Assembly: GCA_963706445.1 (NCBI GenBank)
Contig: OY970160.1
Coordinates: 1,753,758-1,817,757 of the forward strand
DNA from: an uncultured Nitrososphaerales archaeon
GTDB taxonomy: Archaea > Thermoproteota > Nitrososphaeria > Nitrososphaerales > Gagatemarchaeaceae
Length of the DNA: 64,000 nucleotides
Direction of reading: 5' to 3'
Part shown: positions 18,361 to 27,305 of the stretch, in pieces
Numbering within the stretch: the first letter of the stretch is position 1
Layout: each line of letters opens with the position of its first letter
Notes under the pieces: generated by a model
The model's input: the letters and a program-made list of their open reading frames with translations, nothing else
Told to the model about the DNA's origin: nothing
Databases searched by the model: none
Program-made: the position numbers and the translations under genes

Positions 18361-19571
18361 AGGGGCGGACCCGGCAGGCTGGACACCTTCTCAGGCTGGG
18401 ATGACAAATGGACGTTCCTCCCAATCCTAACATCATTGGTGTACAACAGCCTTCCGGCAATCCGGCAGCTGTCCCCGACCTCGGCGTTCGACGCATAGAT
18501 ACTCCCGACACTGCAGGACTCGCCGACCCTGACATCCTCTGCGTACACGTCCTCAACGGAGGAGCCGCTCTCTATCCGAATCTTCTCGCCGACCATCGGC
18601 CCGGTCACCCTGCCGTGCCTGCCCACAGAAACAAACGGTGCCTTGACCCCCTTGCCTGTGACCATGCTCCTCCCGACCTTAACGGCGTCGTGCGCCCTCA
18701 CCACATCGGCCTGAAGGTCTCCGCCCACGTCAATCGACCCCGCCTCGAGTTTCCCTCCGACCCGCGCCTCCCCTCCGACCGTCAGCCTGTCCGACAGGGT
18801 AAGGTCGTGCTGTACCTCAAGGACCCCTCCAACCCTCACGCTCTTTCCGATGCCAGAATCAAGCCGAAGTTTACCACCCACGTCCAGGTCCTCGAACTTC
18901 AATGGGCCCTCGCTTTCCATGGTCCCCCCTACCCTGGCGTCCTGCAGCGTGCCCTTCGCCACACGGGCGGTCCCGCCTACGTCGAGGTCCTCTATCGTGG
19001 CTTCGACAGTTATTGCGACCGTCCCCCCAACTTTGACGTCTTCTGCCTCTATACGCTCTGCCTTCAGGGTCCCTCCCACCTTCACGTCTTCGCACTTCAT
19101 TTCCTTGACTTCGATTGTCCCTCCTACCATGACGTCCTCGCCGGTGATCTTCCCCGCTGCCCTGAGCACCCCTCCGACATGGGCATCTTCGACTTCGGCG
19201 TCCCCCACAAACTCAGCCTCCCCGCCCACACGCAAATCCTCTATCTTGCTCTTCCCTCCGACCTTCAGCGACCGGGGTATGTCGACGGACTCGGAGTTCA
19301 GGTTCCCGCCAACTTCAAGACTAGCGCCGTCATCGAGGTGGATGTCCTCTGCCTCCAAGTCGCCTTCGATGGTCAGGGTCCCATCTCCCTTGATGTCCTC
19401 GGCCTTCAGGTTGCCCTTGACCACGCCCCTATGCCTGACGACGACCGCGCCTTTGACTTCGACCGTCCCTCCATCCGCTCCGACCGTGCCACCATCGATG
19501 AGCAAATCCCCGTCGACCACTGACATCGTCGCGGACTGTCCCCGATCAACTCTGGCAGTGAACCCGCTCAT
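18357..19571 (-). CDS. Long beta-helix, polymer-forming cytoskeletal (bactofilin-like) protein
   Basis: Many (E/D)D+.VGG.+ repeats across about 400 aa; ATG at 19571; 4-nt overlap with downstream regulator. Confidence 0.72.
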   Translation of the reverse strand: MSGFTARVDRGQSATMSVVDGDLLIDGGTVGADGGTVEVKGAVVVRHRGVVKGNLKAEDIKGDGTLTIEGDLEAEDIHLDDGASLEVGGNLNSESVDIPRSLKVGGKSKIEDLRVGGEAEFVGDAEVEDAHVGGVLRAAGKITGEDVMVGGTIEVKEMKCEDVKVGGTLKAERIEAEDVKVGGTVAITVEATIEDLDVGGTARVAKGTLQDARVGGTMESEGPLKFEDLDVGGKLRLDSGIGKSVRVGGVLEVQHDLTLSDRLTVGGEARVGGKLEAGSIDVGGDLQADVVRAHDAVKVGRSMVTGKGVKAPFVSVGRHGRVTGPMVGEKIRIESGSSVEDVYAEDVRVGESCSVGSIYASNAEVGDSCRIAGRLLYTNDVRIGRNVHLSSQPEKVSSLPGPPL

Positions 19572-19671
19572 GGACTCACCGTGGCCCTGGCCTCGATATA
19601 TAGCGACCTCACGTGAGGTGATTACCAAGCGTGCCCTGAGTATAATTGGAGGACGCCGACTCTTCGCTACC

Positions 19672-19767
19672 ATGAGCGAAGAACAGACGAAGGAAGCGCG
19701 CGAAGCCGCCCGACAGACCTACGAGGTGGCGAAGTACGCCTTCATCCAGAGAGCAAGAATCCGCTGA
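19672..19767 (+). CDS. Putative 31-aa small protein
   Basis: MSEEQTKEAREAARQTYEVAKYAFIQRARIR; TATAAT about 26-31 nt upstream; fills the intergenic gap. Confidence 0.45.
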   Translation: MSEEQTKEAREAARQTYEVAKYAFIQRARIR

Positions 19768-19770
19768 GCG

Positions 19771-20421
19771 TCAACGATGGCCCAGGAGGAATATCGTCAT
19801 TCCTTCAAGCCCCCCAAACAGATGGTCTGGTCTCTCAGCCCGAAGCCGTTCTTCTTGGATGGGCCCTCTTGCGATGGCGATTGAAGGGACACCAGCGTTC
19901 TTCGAGGCCTGGATGTCTGCCGGGGAGTCTCCGACGTAGAAGGCCCCCACGGGGTCAAGGCGAAGGGCAATGAGCGTCTTCTCCAACATCACCGGAGACG
20001 GTTTGAGTTCTTCCTTCCTCTCGCCGCAAAGGACCGAATCGAAAAACGACGCCAACTTGAACTCCGCTAACTCCCTTTCCACCCTGCCCTTTGATCCGTT
20101 CGACACCAGGGCCAACCCGAAGCCTTCACTCTTCAACGCCCCAAGACAATCCACGGCGTCTGGTTGGAGCTCAGGCCTTTCTTCCTCGTAGAGGCGCAAC
20201 CACTGCTCGTCCACCTGCTTCCACAGCGCCTTGGGAATCCCCGCTTTGACGTAGAAATCATACCAGTTGGGGCTCTGCAGGCGCAGGAACTCGTCCTTGG
20301 TGAGCGCCTTGGTCCCCAGTCCGGCGAAGATCTTGTTGTAGACGTTGAAAGCGGCGCCCAGCGAATCGAGAAGCACCCCGTCCCAGTCGAACATAACCCC
20401 CCGGGCCCTCCCCTCACTCAT
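19771..20421 (-). CDS. HAD-superfamily hydrolase (subfamily IA)
   Basis: FDWDGVL, VSN, KPSP, VGDS..D. Confidence 0.92.
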   Translation of the reverse strand: MSEGRARGVMFDWDGVLLDSLGAAFNVYNKIFAGLGTKALTKDEFLRLQSPNWYDFYVKAGIPKALWKQVDEQWLRLYEEERPELQPDAVDCLGALKSEGFGLALVSNGSKGRVERELAEFKLASFFDSVLCGERKEELKPSPVMLEKTLIALRLDPVGAFYVGDSPADIQASKNAGVPSIAIARGPIQEERLRAERPDHLFGGLEGMTIFLLGHR

Positions 20422-20564
20422 CGCGTTCACCCCGCAGCCTGAAAGCGACCAAAAGAATTGCGGTCGACGATACGAGAACGGTCGAGCGCCGTTCTACGCA
20501 TTGGAACGCTACGTTCTGCCCACTAGGGTTATCCAAGGTGCCCTCCAACCCGACCCCGAGAACC

Positions 20565-21770
20565 ATGTTTAGCGCTCAACCGAAGACCAAAGCCAGGGCC
20601 CTGGTCGTTTCAATGGCGCTCCTCTTCGCGGGGACCGCCTTCTTGATACAACCCGTCTCGGCCGCATCTTTCAACAACGTCCAGGTCTTCGCTACGACCA
20701 CCTCGTCACAAGCCTACGACTTCCAATTCGCCGCCTACAACCTTACAGGGAGCCTTGTTGCATCGACCCAGACCTCCTACCCTGCTGCCGCGTTCGAGCT
20801 CCCCACTGGAGGCTACCTCTTCACTGTCAGCGCGACCTACTACGACTACGGCATCGGCTACGCCTGCCCGGTCGCACAGGGAACCGCCACTTCAAGCTCG
20901 GGCAAGGCCCCGTCCACGGGCACCTCCCCACCTATGGTGCGGGCCAACGGCTCGGGCTCGTCGCCTGCCCAAATCTTGCCCCTCTGTTACCCTCCATCAT
21001 CTGAGTACGGCTACGCCACAGCGACCGTATCAGGGCCCCAACAGGTCAACGTCCAATTGCAGAACGTCACCACCATGCCAACGACCTCGGTCACCGTCAG
21101 GGTCTCCTATGTCAACGGGACAGCCGCGTCCGACGCCTCTGTGTACGCCTCCATCGTCGGCGAGTGGTACTACTGGTGGGGTCCGAACTCCAGCGTGACG
21201 ATGTCGGGGCAGACGGACAGCAACGGTGTCGCGCATCTCGTCCTCCCAGAAGCACCGACAGTCGTCACAGCTTGGATGTGGGTACCGATCATCTCGAACA
21301 CCAACGGGACCATCCAGACCACCATCGGCGGCCAGAAGACCAACATCACCGTCTACTGGCAGCCCACATACGTCGGCCTCTCTGGTTCGGGCCTGCTGCT
21401 CCCTCCGCAGAGCAGCATTGACTTGACCCTCCGATACCAGCAGCCTGACAACTGGGTTATGCCGGGTGGGGTCCTTTCACAGGGCGCCTACGCAGGAGCC
21501 GCATCCGCGGGGACGGTGGCAAGCCAGCCGTCCGGAGTGCCTGCTTTGGCATCGGGCAGCTCTGGCACCCAAAGCTCCAGCCAGCCATACCTCCCGTCGC
21601 AAATCCCTTCGATCCAGCAAGCCGCCGGCGCCCCAACCAGCGGACAAGCAGGACTCCTGGGAGCGGGCACGCTGACCTTGGCTTCAGCGGCGTTCGCCAT
21701 CACAGCGTTGGCAGTGGTCTTCGTAGCAGTTAGACATCGCATGAAAAGGCCGTCGACTCCAGTCGGATAG
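20565..21770 (+). CDS. Secreted, C-terminally anchored Ser/Thr-rich surface protein
   Basis: Signal peptide, beta-rich core with many N-x-S/T sequons, C-terminal TM and basic tail. Confidence 0.75.
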   Translation: MFSAQPKTKARALVVSMALLFAGTAFLIQPVSAASFNNVQVFATTTSSQAYDFQFAAYNLTGSLVASTQTSYPAAAFELPTGGYLFTVSATYYDYGIGYACPVAQGTATSSSGKAPSTGTSPPMVRANGSGSSPAQILPLCYPPSSEYGYATATVSGPQQVNVQLQNVTTMPTTSVTVRVSYVNGTAASDASVYASIVGEWYYWWGPNSSVTMSGQTDSNGVAHLVLPEAPTVVTAWMWVPIISNTNGTIQTTIGGQKTNITVYWQPTYVGLSGSGLLLPPQSSIDLTLRYQQPDNWVMPGGVLSQGAYAGAASAGTVASQPSGVPALASGSSGTQSSSQPYLPSQIPSIQQAAGAPTSGQAGLLGAGTLTLASAAFAITALAVVFVAVRHRMKRPSTPVG

Positions 21771-21842
21771 GCGGCCCTCCCCCCTTTACCATAACCGTAA
21801 ACTTGCACTCCTTATCTACTCGATTTTGCTTAGGCGGACTGT

Positions 21843-22973
21843 TTGTCGCGCTCGAAGTCTGTCCAAACCATCAGAGCCGAATCTCCCGACCTGGAAGCTA
21901 GGATAATCACCGCCATCGGGACAGCCGGCCCAAGGAACGTGGCCCAGATTTCGAGGATGACCGGAGCGCATCAGGAGACGATTAGGTACAAGATCAAGAA
22001 GCGGTTCGGCCGCCTCGGTTTCAGGTTCCACGCCGAGGTCGACGTCGAAAAGCTGGGGCTCTCTCTGCACTGGGCTGCACTGGATTTCGCTAAGGCCTAC
22101 TACGGCATGGCTCCACAGATACTCAGGGCCCTGAACCAGGTGGGATACCTCACCTACTTCGCGAAGGTCGTACCGCAGGGCAACTACGTCGCGCTCTTTG
22201 CCCTGCCGGCGAACACCTCGGACCAATACGTGGAGTTCCTCAACAAGCTGAGGGAGGAGGGAGTTCTCGCTGGCTTCACATTGGACAAGGTCAACGTCAG
22301 CAGGCACAAGACCATGGACCCGCGGTTCTTCAACTTCAGGTCAGGGAAGTGGGAGATCGAATGGGACAAGGTCGCGGAGCAAAAGCCGATCCCTTTGTCG
22401 ACAGTAGGAAGGCCGCACGCGGAGGACTTCGACTACTATGACCTTTTGGTGATAAAGGAACTCGAAAAGGACTCACTGCAGCACTTGACCGGAATCGCGA
22501 AGAAGCTGAAGGTCCACCAGAAGACACTGGAGTATCACTACAGGACCCACGTCCAGAAGTGGAAGCTAATTCCCTCTTACCGCATACGATGGACCCAGGA
22601 CACGACAAAACGCCTCATCCACTCTGTGGCCACCACGATAGTTACTTTCCGCAACCTGAGTAACTTGGAGTTCACCGAAGTCCAGGCGGCCATGAGCAAA
22701 ATCCCATTCCTGTGGACCGAAGACCTGATTGAAGGAGGGACATACATCGCCCTGCTCTACGTACCGGTCACCGACATGATCAACATGACAAGCTACATCA
22801 GCAAAGTGCTTCCAAACCTCGCGTCAAGGGTTGAGGTAGGGTTCGTCGAACCGGCCAACTCCACGTCTTTTACCATCCCCTACAACATGTACCAGGGGGA
22901 CAGCTGGAGATTCGACCTGAATCAGATGGAGAAATCACTCCGAAAGGAATCCGTCATCGCCCTCAAAAAATAG
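21843..22973 (+). CDS. Tandem (duplicated) Lrp/AsnC-like winged-helix regulator
   Basis: HTH1 PRNVAQISRMTGAHQETIRY; HTH2 FDYYDLLVIKELEKD..LTGIAKKLKVHQKTLEYH; each followed by an alpha/beta domain. Confidence 0.78.
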   Translation: MSRSKSVQTIRAESPDLEARIITAIGTAGPRNVAQISRMTGAHQETIRYKIKKRFGRLGFRFHAEVDVEKLGLSLHWAALDFAKAYYGMAPQILRALNQVGYLTYFAKVVPQGNYVALFALPANTSDQYVEFLNKLREEGVLAGFTLDKVNVSRHKTMDPRFFNFRSGKWEIEWDKVAEQKPIPLSTVGRPHAEDFDYYDLLVIKELEKDSLQHLTGIAKKLKVHQKTLEYHYRTHVQKWKLIPSYRIRWTQDTTKRLIHSVATTIVTFRNLSNLEFTEVQAAMSKIPFLWTEDLIEGGTYIALLYVPVTDMINMTSYISKVLPNLASRVEVGFVEPANSTSFTIPYNMYQGDSWRFDLNQMEKSLRKESVIALKK

Positions 22974-22980
22974 GACAGAA

Positions 22981-23000
22981 CGACCCCGTCTAGGGGGTCG
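22981..23000. terminator. GC-rich hairpin between convergent genes
   Basis: CGACCCC-gtctag-GGGGTCG inverted repeat just after the regulator stop, overlapping the peptide-gene stop. Confidence 0.5.
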
Positions 23001-23121
23001 TCCCGCCGATCTCGTCCAAGAGTCCCACGGACAATCCATGGGCCGAGGCCAGGGCCGCGAACGCGGTAATGGCCAGGGAGACGAAGAGCAGTCCGAGACG
23101 GATCTTTGTGTCGACGCTCAT
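22990..23121 (-). CDS. 43-aa secreted pro-peptide (not in ORF track)
   Basis: MSVDTKIRLGLLFVSLAITAFAALASA|HGLSVGLLDEIGGTTP: basic n-region, h-region, A-x-A cleavage site; GC3-rich codons; TTTATTGA box upstream. Confidence 0.72.
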   Translation of the reverse strand: MSVDTKIRLGLLFVSLAITAFAALASAHGLSVGLLDEIGGTTP

Positions 23122-23274
23122 GTTCGTGAGGAACGCAGGGAGACCCCACTAGTTCCCCATTTCCATCAATAAATGAAGATAATCTTGTGGAAAGCATCAA
23201 CCAGAGGCGCATAATTTCTATCAGAAAGAGGGGCTGAGCGGGGGAGCCCCCGCCAAAGACTAATCTAGACCAGT

Positions 23275-23292
23275 GTTTCCACTGTTTCCAGT
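23275..23292. promoter_or_regulatory. Mini-ORB elements at the cdc6 start
   Basis: GTTTCCACTG (23275-23284) is identical to the ORB2 core, followed by GTTTCCAGT. Confidence 0.55.
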
Positions 23293-24485
23293 TGTCCGAC
23301 GGCATAGACGAAATCTTCCGCAGAGCGAAGGAGGGGAAGCCCCTCTTCATCAACAGGGACGCCCTCAGCCCAGACTATGTCCCGGCCCGCCTTCCCTTCC
23401 GCGACTCCCAGACGAACCAGGTGGCGCAGATACTCGCCCCAATACTGAGAGGCTCGAAGCCGTCCAACCTCCTGCTCTATGGGAAGACAGGCACAGGCAA
23501 GACGGCCGTTACGAACTACGTGCTTTCGAAACTCAAGGCGGAGGCCAACAACCCGAACCTAGTCCTGGCATATGTCAACACCCGACTCGCAGACGGCGAG
23601 TACAGGACTCTGGCCGATTTCGCAAGGTCCCTGGACCTCAAGAAGGAGAAGCAGATTCCGCTCACGGGGCTCGCCATAGGCGAGGTGGTCGACCGCATAT
23701 CAGAGAACATCAAATCGAACAAGAAGAAAGTGGTCCTCGTGCTAGACGAAATCGATTACCTGGTCAAGCTCTTCGGGGACGACATCCTCTACTCTTTCAC
23801 AAGATCTGGCGAGAAGTTGTCCCCGGGCTTCCTGGCCATCGTCGGAATCTCGAACGACCTCAAGTTCAAGGAGGGCCTCGACCCGAGAGTCCTCAGCAGC
23901 CTAAGCGAGGAAGAGCTGGTCTTCCCTCCATACTCTGTCGAGGAGCTCAGAGAGATACTTACAGAACGGGCGAGGGTGGCGTTCATGCCTTCTGTCGCCT
24001 CTCCCGCGGCCATCAACCTTTGCGCAGCCATGGCAGGGTCGGAGCACGGAGACGCCAGACGGGCCATCGACCTGCTCCGGATCGCAGGAGAGGTCGCCGA
24101 GCGCGAGGGCCTAAAGCAGATCGACGAATCCTGCATCAGAAAGGCGTCAGACAAGATGGAGGTCGACAGGGTGGACGAAGCCATCCAGTCCTTGCCCGTC
24201 CAGAACAAGGCCATCCTCGCCGCGGTGTCGAGGTTCGACGGAGGAACGAACACCGGGGAGCTCTATCTGGCATACGCGAACCTTTGCAAGAGGATGGGGA
24301 TCGAGACCCTGACCCAGAGGCGCCTGAGCGGGATACTAGGGGACCTCGACCTACTGGGCCTGGTGGAGGCCTCAGTGGTCAGCAAGGGGAGGCGCGGGCG
24401 GACGAAGAGGATCCAACTCCTGATCGGGAAGGACACCCTCGAGAAGACTCTGTCAGAGGACCCCGCCTTCGGGGCGGCTGCCTAG
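23292..24485 (+). CDS. cdc6: Orc1/Cdc6 replication initiator
   Basis: L.PDYVP..LPFR, YGKTGTGKT, VLDEID, FPPYS, GDARRAIDLL, C-terminal winged helix GRRGRT. Confidence 0.97.
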   Translation: MSDGIDEIFRRAKEGKPLFINRDALSPDYVPARLPFRDSQTNQVAQILAPILRGSKPSNLLLYGKTGTGKTAVTNYVLSKLKAEANNPNLVLAYVNTRLADGEYRTLADFARSLDLKKEKQIPLTGLAIGEVVDRISENIKSNKKKVVLVLDEIDYLVKLFGDDILYSFTRSGEKLSPGFLAIVGISNDLKFKEGLDPRVLSSLSEEELVFPPYSVEELREILTERARVAFMPSVASPAAINLCAAMAGSEHGDARRAIDLLRIAGEVAEREGLKQIDESCIRKASDKMEVDRVDEAIQSLPVQNKAILAAVSRFDGGTNTGELYLAYANLCKRMGIETLTQRRLSGILGDLDLLGLVEASVVSKGRRGRTKRIQLLIGKDTLEKTLSEDPAFGAAA

Positions 24486-25954
24486 GCAGCCTGGAAACCG
24501 GCGGCGCCGAAGTTGCGCCTGACTGTCTTCAGAGTCGACAGGTCGACGATTGGGACTATGCTAGGTGTGGGCTCCATCCCCATGTTTGACTGGAACTGTG
24601 TCTGGGCCTGCCAGGTTCCCGAGTTCAATAAAAGCGTCCCCCTGTATGACAACTCCCCATAGGTGTGCACGTGACCAACATGGAACACATCGGGGACCTG
24701 GTCGACGACCATGTAGTCGCGGAGCTCCGGCGACAGGGCCGTCCGCTTGCCATAGGTCGGCGCGAGATGCCTCGCCCTTAGGAGCAGCTTCATCGCATCC
24801 GTCGGCCTATCGTAGGCCAGGTTCGGGGTGGTGGCGATTACGTCGTCCAGGCTCTTGCCGTGGTAAACAAGGAACGTCACACCATGCAACTTGATGTATG
24901 CAGGGTCTCCTACCCAGCGGACGTTGTCCATGGCGTAGAGCGACTCGGCCATGTCCACCGCCACCGCGGGCTGAGGGAGTGCCTGTCTGACGGCATCATG
25001 GTTGCCCGGAGAAAGGACGATCTGTATGTGCCCCGGCACCTGCTTGAGCAGGTCGGCCGCCATCTCATACTGCTTCTTCGGGTCCCTTTCGGCGAGCTGG
25101 AACTCCTGGCCCGGGTACACCCCCACCCCATCGACGAGGTCCCCCGCTATGACCAGGTACTTCACCCTGCTAACCAAATCTTTGTCCCCGAAGTTACCGT
25201 TCAGCCACTGGAGGAACCGGGCGAAGTCGTCCGAGAGGAACATCCTGCTACCTATGTGGAGGTCGGACAGGAGGATTGCATACACGCGGTGGGAAGACGA
25301 CGCGGCCCTGCGACCTGGCACGTCCGGGAGGACCACCGAGTCGGTGAACAGCTGCCCGGACTTTGACTTCCCGACGTCCACCACGATCATACTGTCAAGC
25401 GGCGCTTCGAGGGCTGCCTTCTCCGCGGGCCCGTCTTGGCAGACCACCTTCAACCACCCGCTCGGGTCGTCGATCCTGAGCTCGACGCTCCCCTTCCTGC
25501 TCGAGCGTTCGGCCAGCAGCCCGGCGACCTTGACCTTCTTCCCTGGGGCCAGCCCCTTCGCGGCAGAGACCGAGGCGGTGTTCTTGGTGTCCAGCCTCTC
25601 TCTGACGATGGAGAAGAGGCGCTGATACCTGTCATTGAACAGCCTTCCATACCCCTCTGCTCCTTCAGCAGGAGCGATGGCCTGTGTAGGGTCAGAGAGG
25701 ACCTCGAGCTCCACCGAGTCCCGGAGAGGGGCTCTCTCCTGCTCCACTGGCACGTCTTTCGAAATTAGCTTGGCTACGTCCCACTCTGTGATTACCTTCG
25801 CCTCGCCGAACGAGCCGGCCTTCGACTCGAGGAGCCTCTCCACCAGCACCTCGACGTCCGCGCCGGCCGGAAGGCCGTTGATCATCTCGAAGGCCTTGGC
25901 ATCCAACATGTAGCCTGACGCGAGGACCCTTGCGATGGCCTTCGATTCCTGCAT
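24482..25954 (-). CDS. polB: DNA polymerase D small subunit DP1 (proofreading exonuclease)
   Basis: OB fold, SDLHIGS, AGDLVDGVGVYPGQ, PGNHD, HG.S.DD, GHVH. Confidence 0.96.
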   Translation of the reverse strand: MQESKAIARVLASGYMLDAKAFEMINGLPAGADVEVLVERLLESKAGSFGEAKVITEWDVAKLISKDVPVEQERAPLRDSVELEVLSDPTQAIAPAEGAEGYGRLFNDRYQRLFSIVRERLDTKNTASVSAAKGLAPGKKVKVAGLLAERSSRKGSVELRIDDPSGWLKVVCQDGPAEKAALEAPLDSMIVVDVGKSKSGQLFTDSVVLPDVPGRRAASSSHRVYAILLSDLHIGSRMFLSDDFARFLQWLNGNFGDKDLVSRVKYLVIAGDLVDGVGVYPGQEFQLAERDPKKQYEMAADLLKQVPGHIQIVLSPGNHDAVRQALPQPAVAVDMAESLYAMDNVRWVGDPAYIKLHGVTFLVYHGKSLDDVIATTPNLAYDRPTDAMKLLLRARHLAPTYGKRTALSPELRDYMVVDQVPDVFHVGHVHTYGELSYRGTLLLNSGTWQAQTQFQSNMGMEPTPSIVPIVDLSTLKTVRRNFGAAGFQAA

Positions 25955-25970
25955 CAGACCCCCGAACCTC

Positions 25971-27302
25971 CTACGATGTATTAGAAGCTTCGACGCATTG
26001 GATCCCCATCTGCGTCAGGGCCTCCAGTTGCTGGGCATCCCTCGATTCGCAGTAGACCCTGGTGATGGGCTCCGTTCCCGAAGGCCGGAACATCACCCAC
26101 GACCCATCTGTGAACACCAGCTTCAGCCCATCGAGGGTCCGCTCTTCGGCGATCTTGAGCTTCTTGAAGGACTCGCGGGCCCTGGCTGTCAGGGCGTCCA
26201 TCCTCACGGCGACCTTGAGGTTGGTCTGTCTGTACTTCCATTGGACCTCCTGCATGACCCGCCCGAGCACGCTGCGGTCGACCGACAGGAGGCTCGAGAC
26301 CAGGGCCGACGCGTTGATTCCATCTTCCCAGAGGCCCCACCCGGGATCTACCACCTTGCTCGGCTCGGAGGCGAACACTCCTCCCTCTGCCTCCAGCACT
26401 GCGAATGTCTTGCCGACCCGGCTCCTCTTGACGGCGAGTCCTAGCCTTTCGGCTTCCTCTGCTATGGCGCTCGAGGAGTTCTCCGAGACAACAGCCGTCC
26501 CCTCACTAAGCCCGAGCCCTTTGAGGGCGAGTATGGTGAGAATCGCATCCGGGACCACGTTCCCGAGGGGGCCCACCATCACCAATCTGTCGGCGTCCCC
26601 ATCGTGGGCGAGGCCGAAGTCCACCCCAAGGGTGGGCACCATCTTGGCGAAATCGGAGAGGTTGGTCGCTGTTGGCTCCGGGGGCCTGGCAGGGAAGCGC
26701 CAGGAGACCTGGGCGTTCACAGGTATCACCCGGTGCCCGAGCCGTCTGAGTATCTCAGGGGTCACCAACCCTCCCGGTCCGCTGGCGCAGTCCACAGCTA
26801 TGGCCAGAGGCTGGGCGGCTCTGGGGTAGCGGGCTACGACGGCCTGGACGTACTCGTCTATCACACCCTCGTCCGGGATCGCCTGGCCGAAGACTCCGGA
26901 CGGCTTCATCACGTCGACTCCCATGGCCCTCTCGATTCTTTCTTCATCCGCTTTGGGGAGCTCCATCCCATTGCGGTTGAACACCTTGACCCCGGAGAAT
27001 TCTGGAGGGTTGTGAGAAGCCGTGACGGAGAAACCCGCAATGCACCCCCTCGACCTCGTCCCGAAGGCAAGCACGGGAGTAGGCACCATGCCGAAGACGC
27101 TGGCGTCGCTCCCCACAGCGTTGATCGCCGAGACCACCGTCCTGGCGAGAAGCGCTGAGACCTTGCGTCCGTCCCACCCGACCCCGTACCGCCCCCTCCC
27201 CGACGCGAATGCAATCGTCTCGACCAATTTGTAGACCTGCTCGGGGGTCTGGGTCAGGTTGAAGACTCCTCTTACCCCAGCGGTACCGAAGGCTTTGACC
27301 AA
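25971..27302 (-). CDS. Phosphohexomutase (phosphoglucomutase/phosphomannomutase/GlmM family)
   Basis: FGTAGVRG, TASHNP, DGDADR, RPSGTEP. Confidence 0.93.
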   Translation of the reverse strand: MVKAFGTAGVRGVFNLTQTPEQVYKLVETIAFASGRGRYGVGWDGRKVSALLARTVVSAINAVGSDASVFGMVPTPVLAFGTRSRGCIAGFSVTASHNPPEFSGVKVFNRNGMELPKADEERIERAMGVDVMKPSGVFGQAIPDEGVIDEYVQAVVARYPRAAQPLAIAVDCASGPGGLVTPEILRRLGHRVIPVNAQVSWRFPARPPEPTATNLSDFAKMVPTLGVDFGLAHDGDADRLVMVGPLGNVVPDAILTILALKGLGLSEGTAVVSENSSSAIAEEAERLGLAVKRSRVGKTFAVLEAEGGVFASEPSKVVDPGWGLWEDGINASALVSSLLSVDRSVLGRVMQEVQWKYRQTNLKVAVRMDALTARARESFKKLKIAEERTLDGLKLVFTDGSWVMFRPSGTEPITRVYCESRDAQQLEALTQMGIQCVEASNTS

Positions 27303-27305
27303 GCG

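Noticed and set aside
18408-19767. Long + strand ORFs (371 aa and 305 aa)
   Set aside because: Antisense shadows of the repetitive Gly/Val beta-helix gene; no protein-like features apart from the final 31 codons listed separately.
23273-24589. 438-aa alternative-frame ORF over cdc6, and similar overlapping ORFs across the window
   Set aside because: Arg/Gly/Pro-rich off-frame products expected in high-GC3 DNA.
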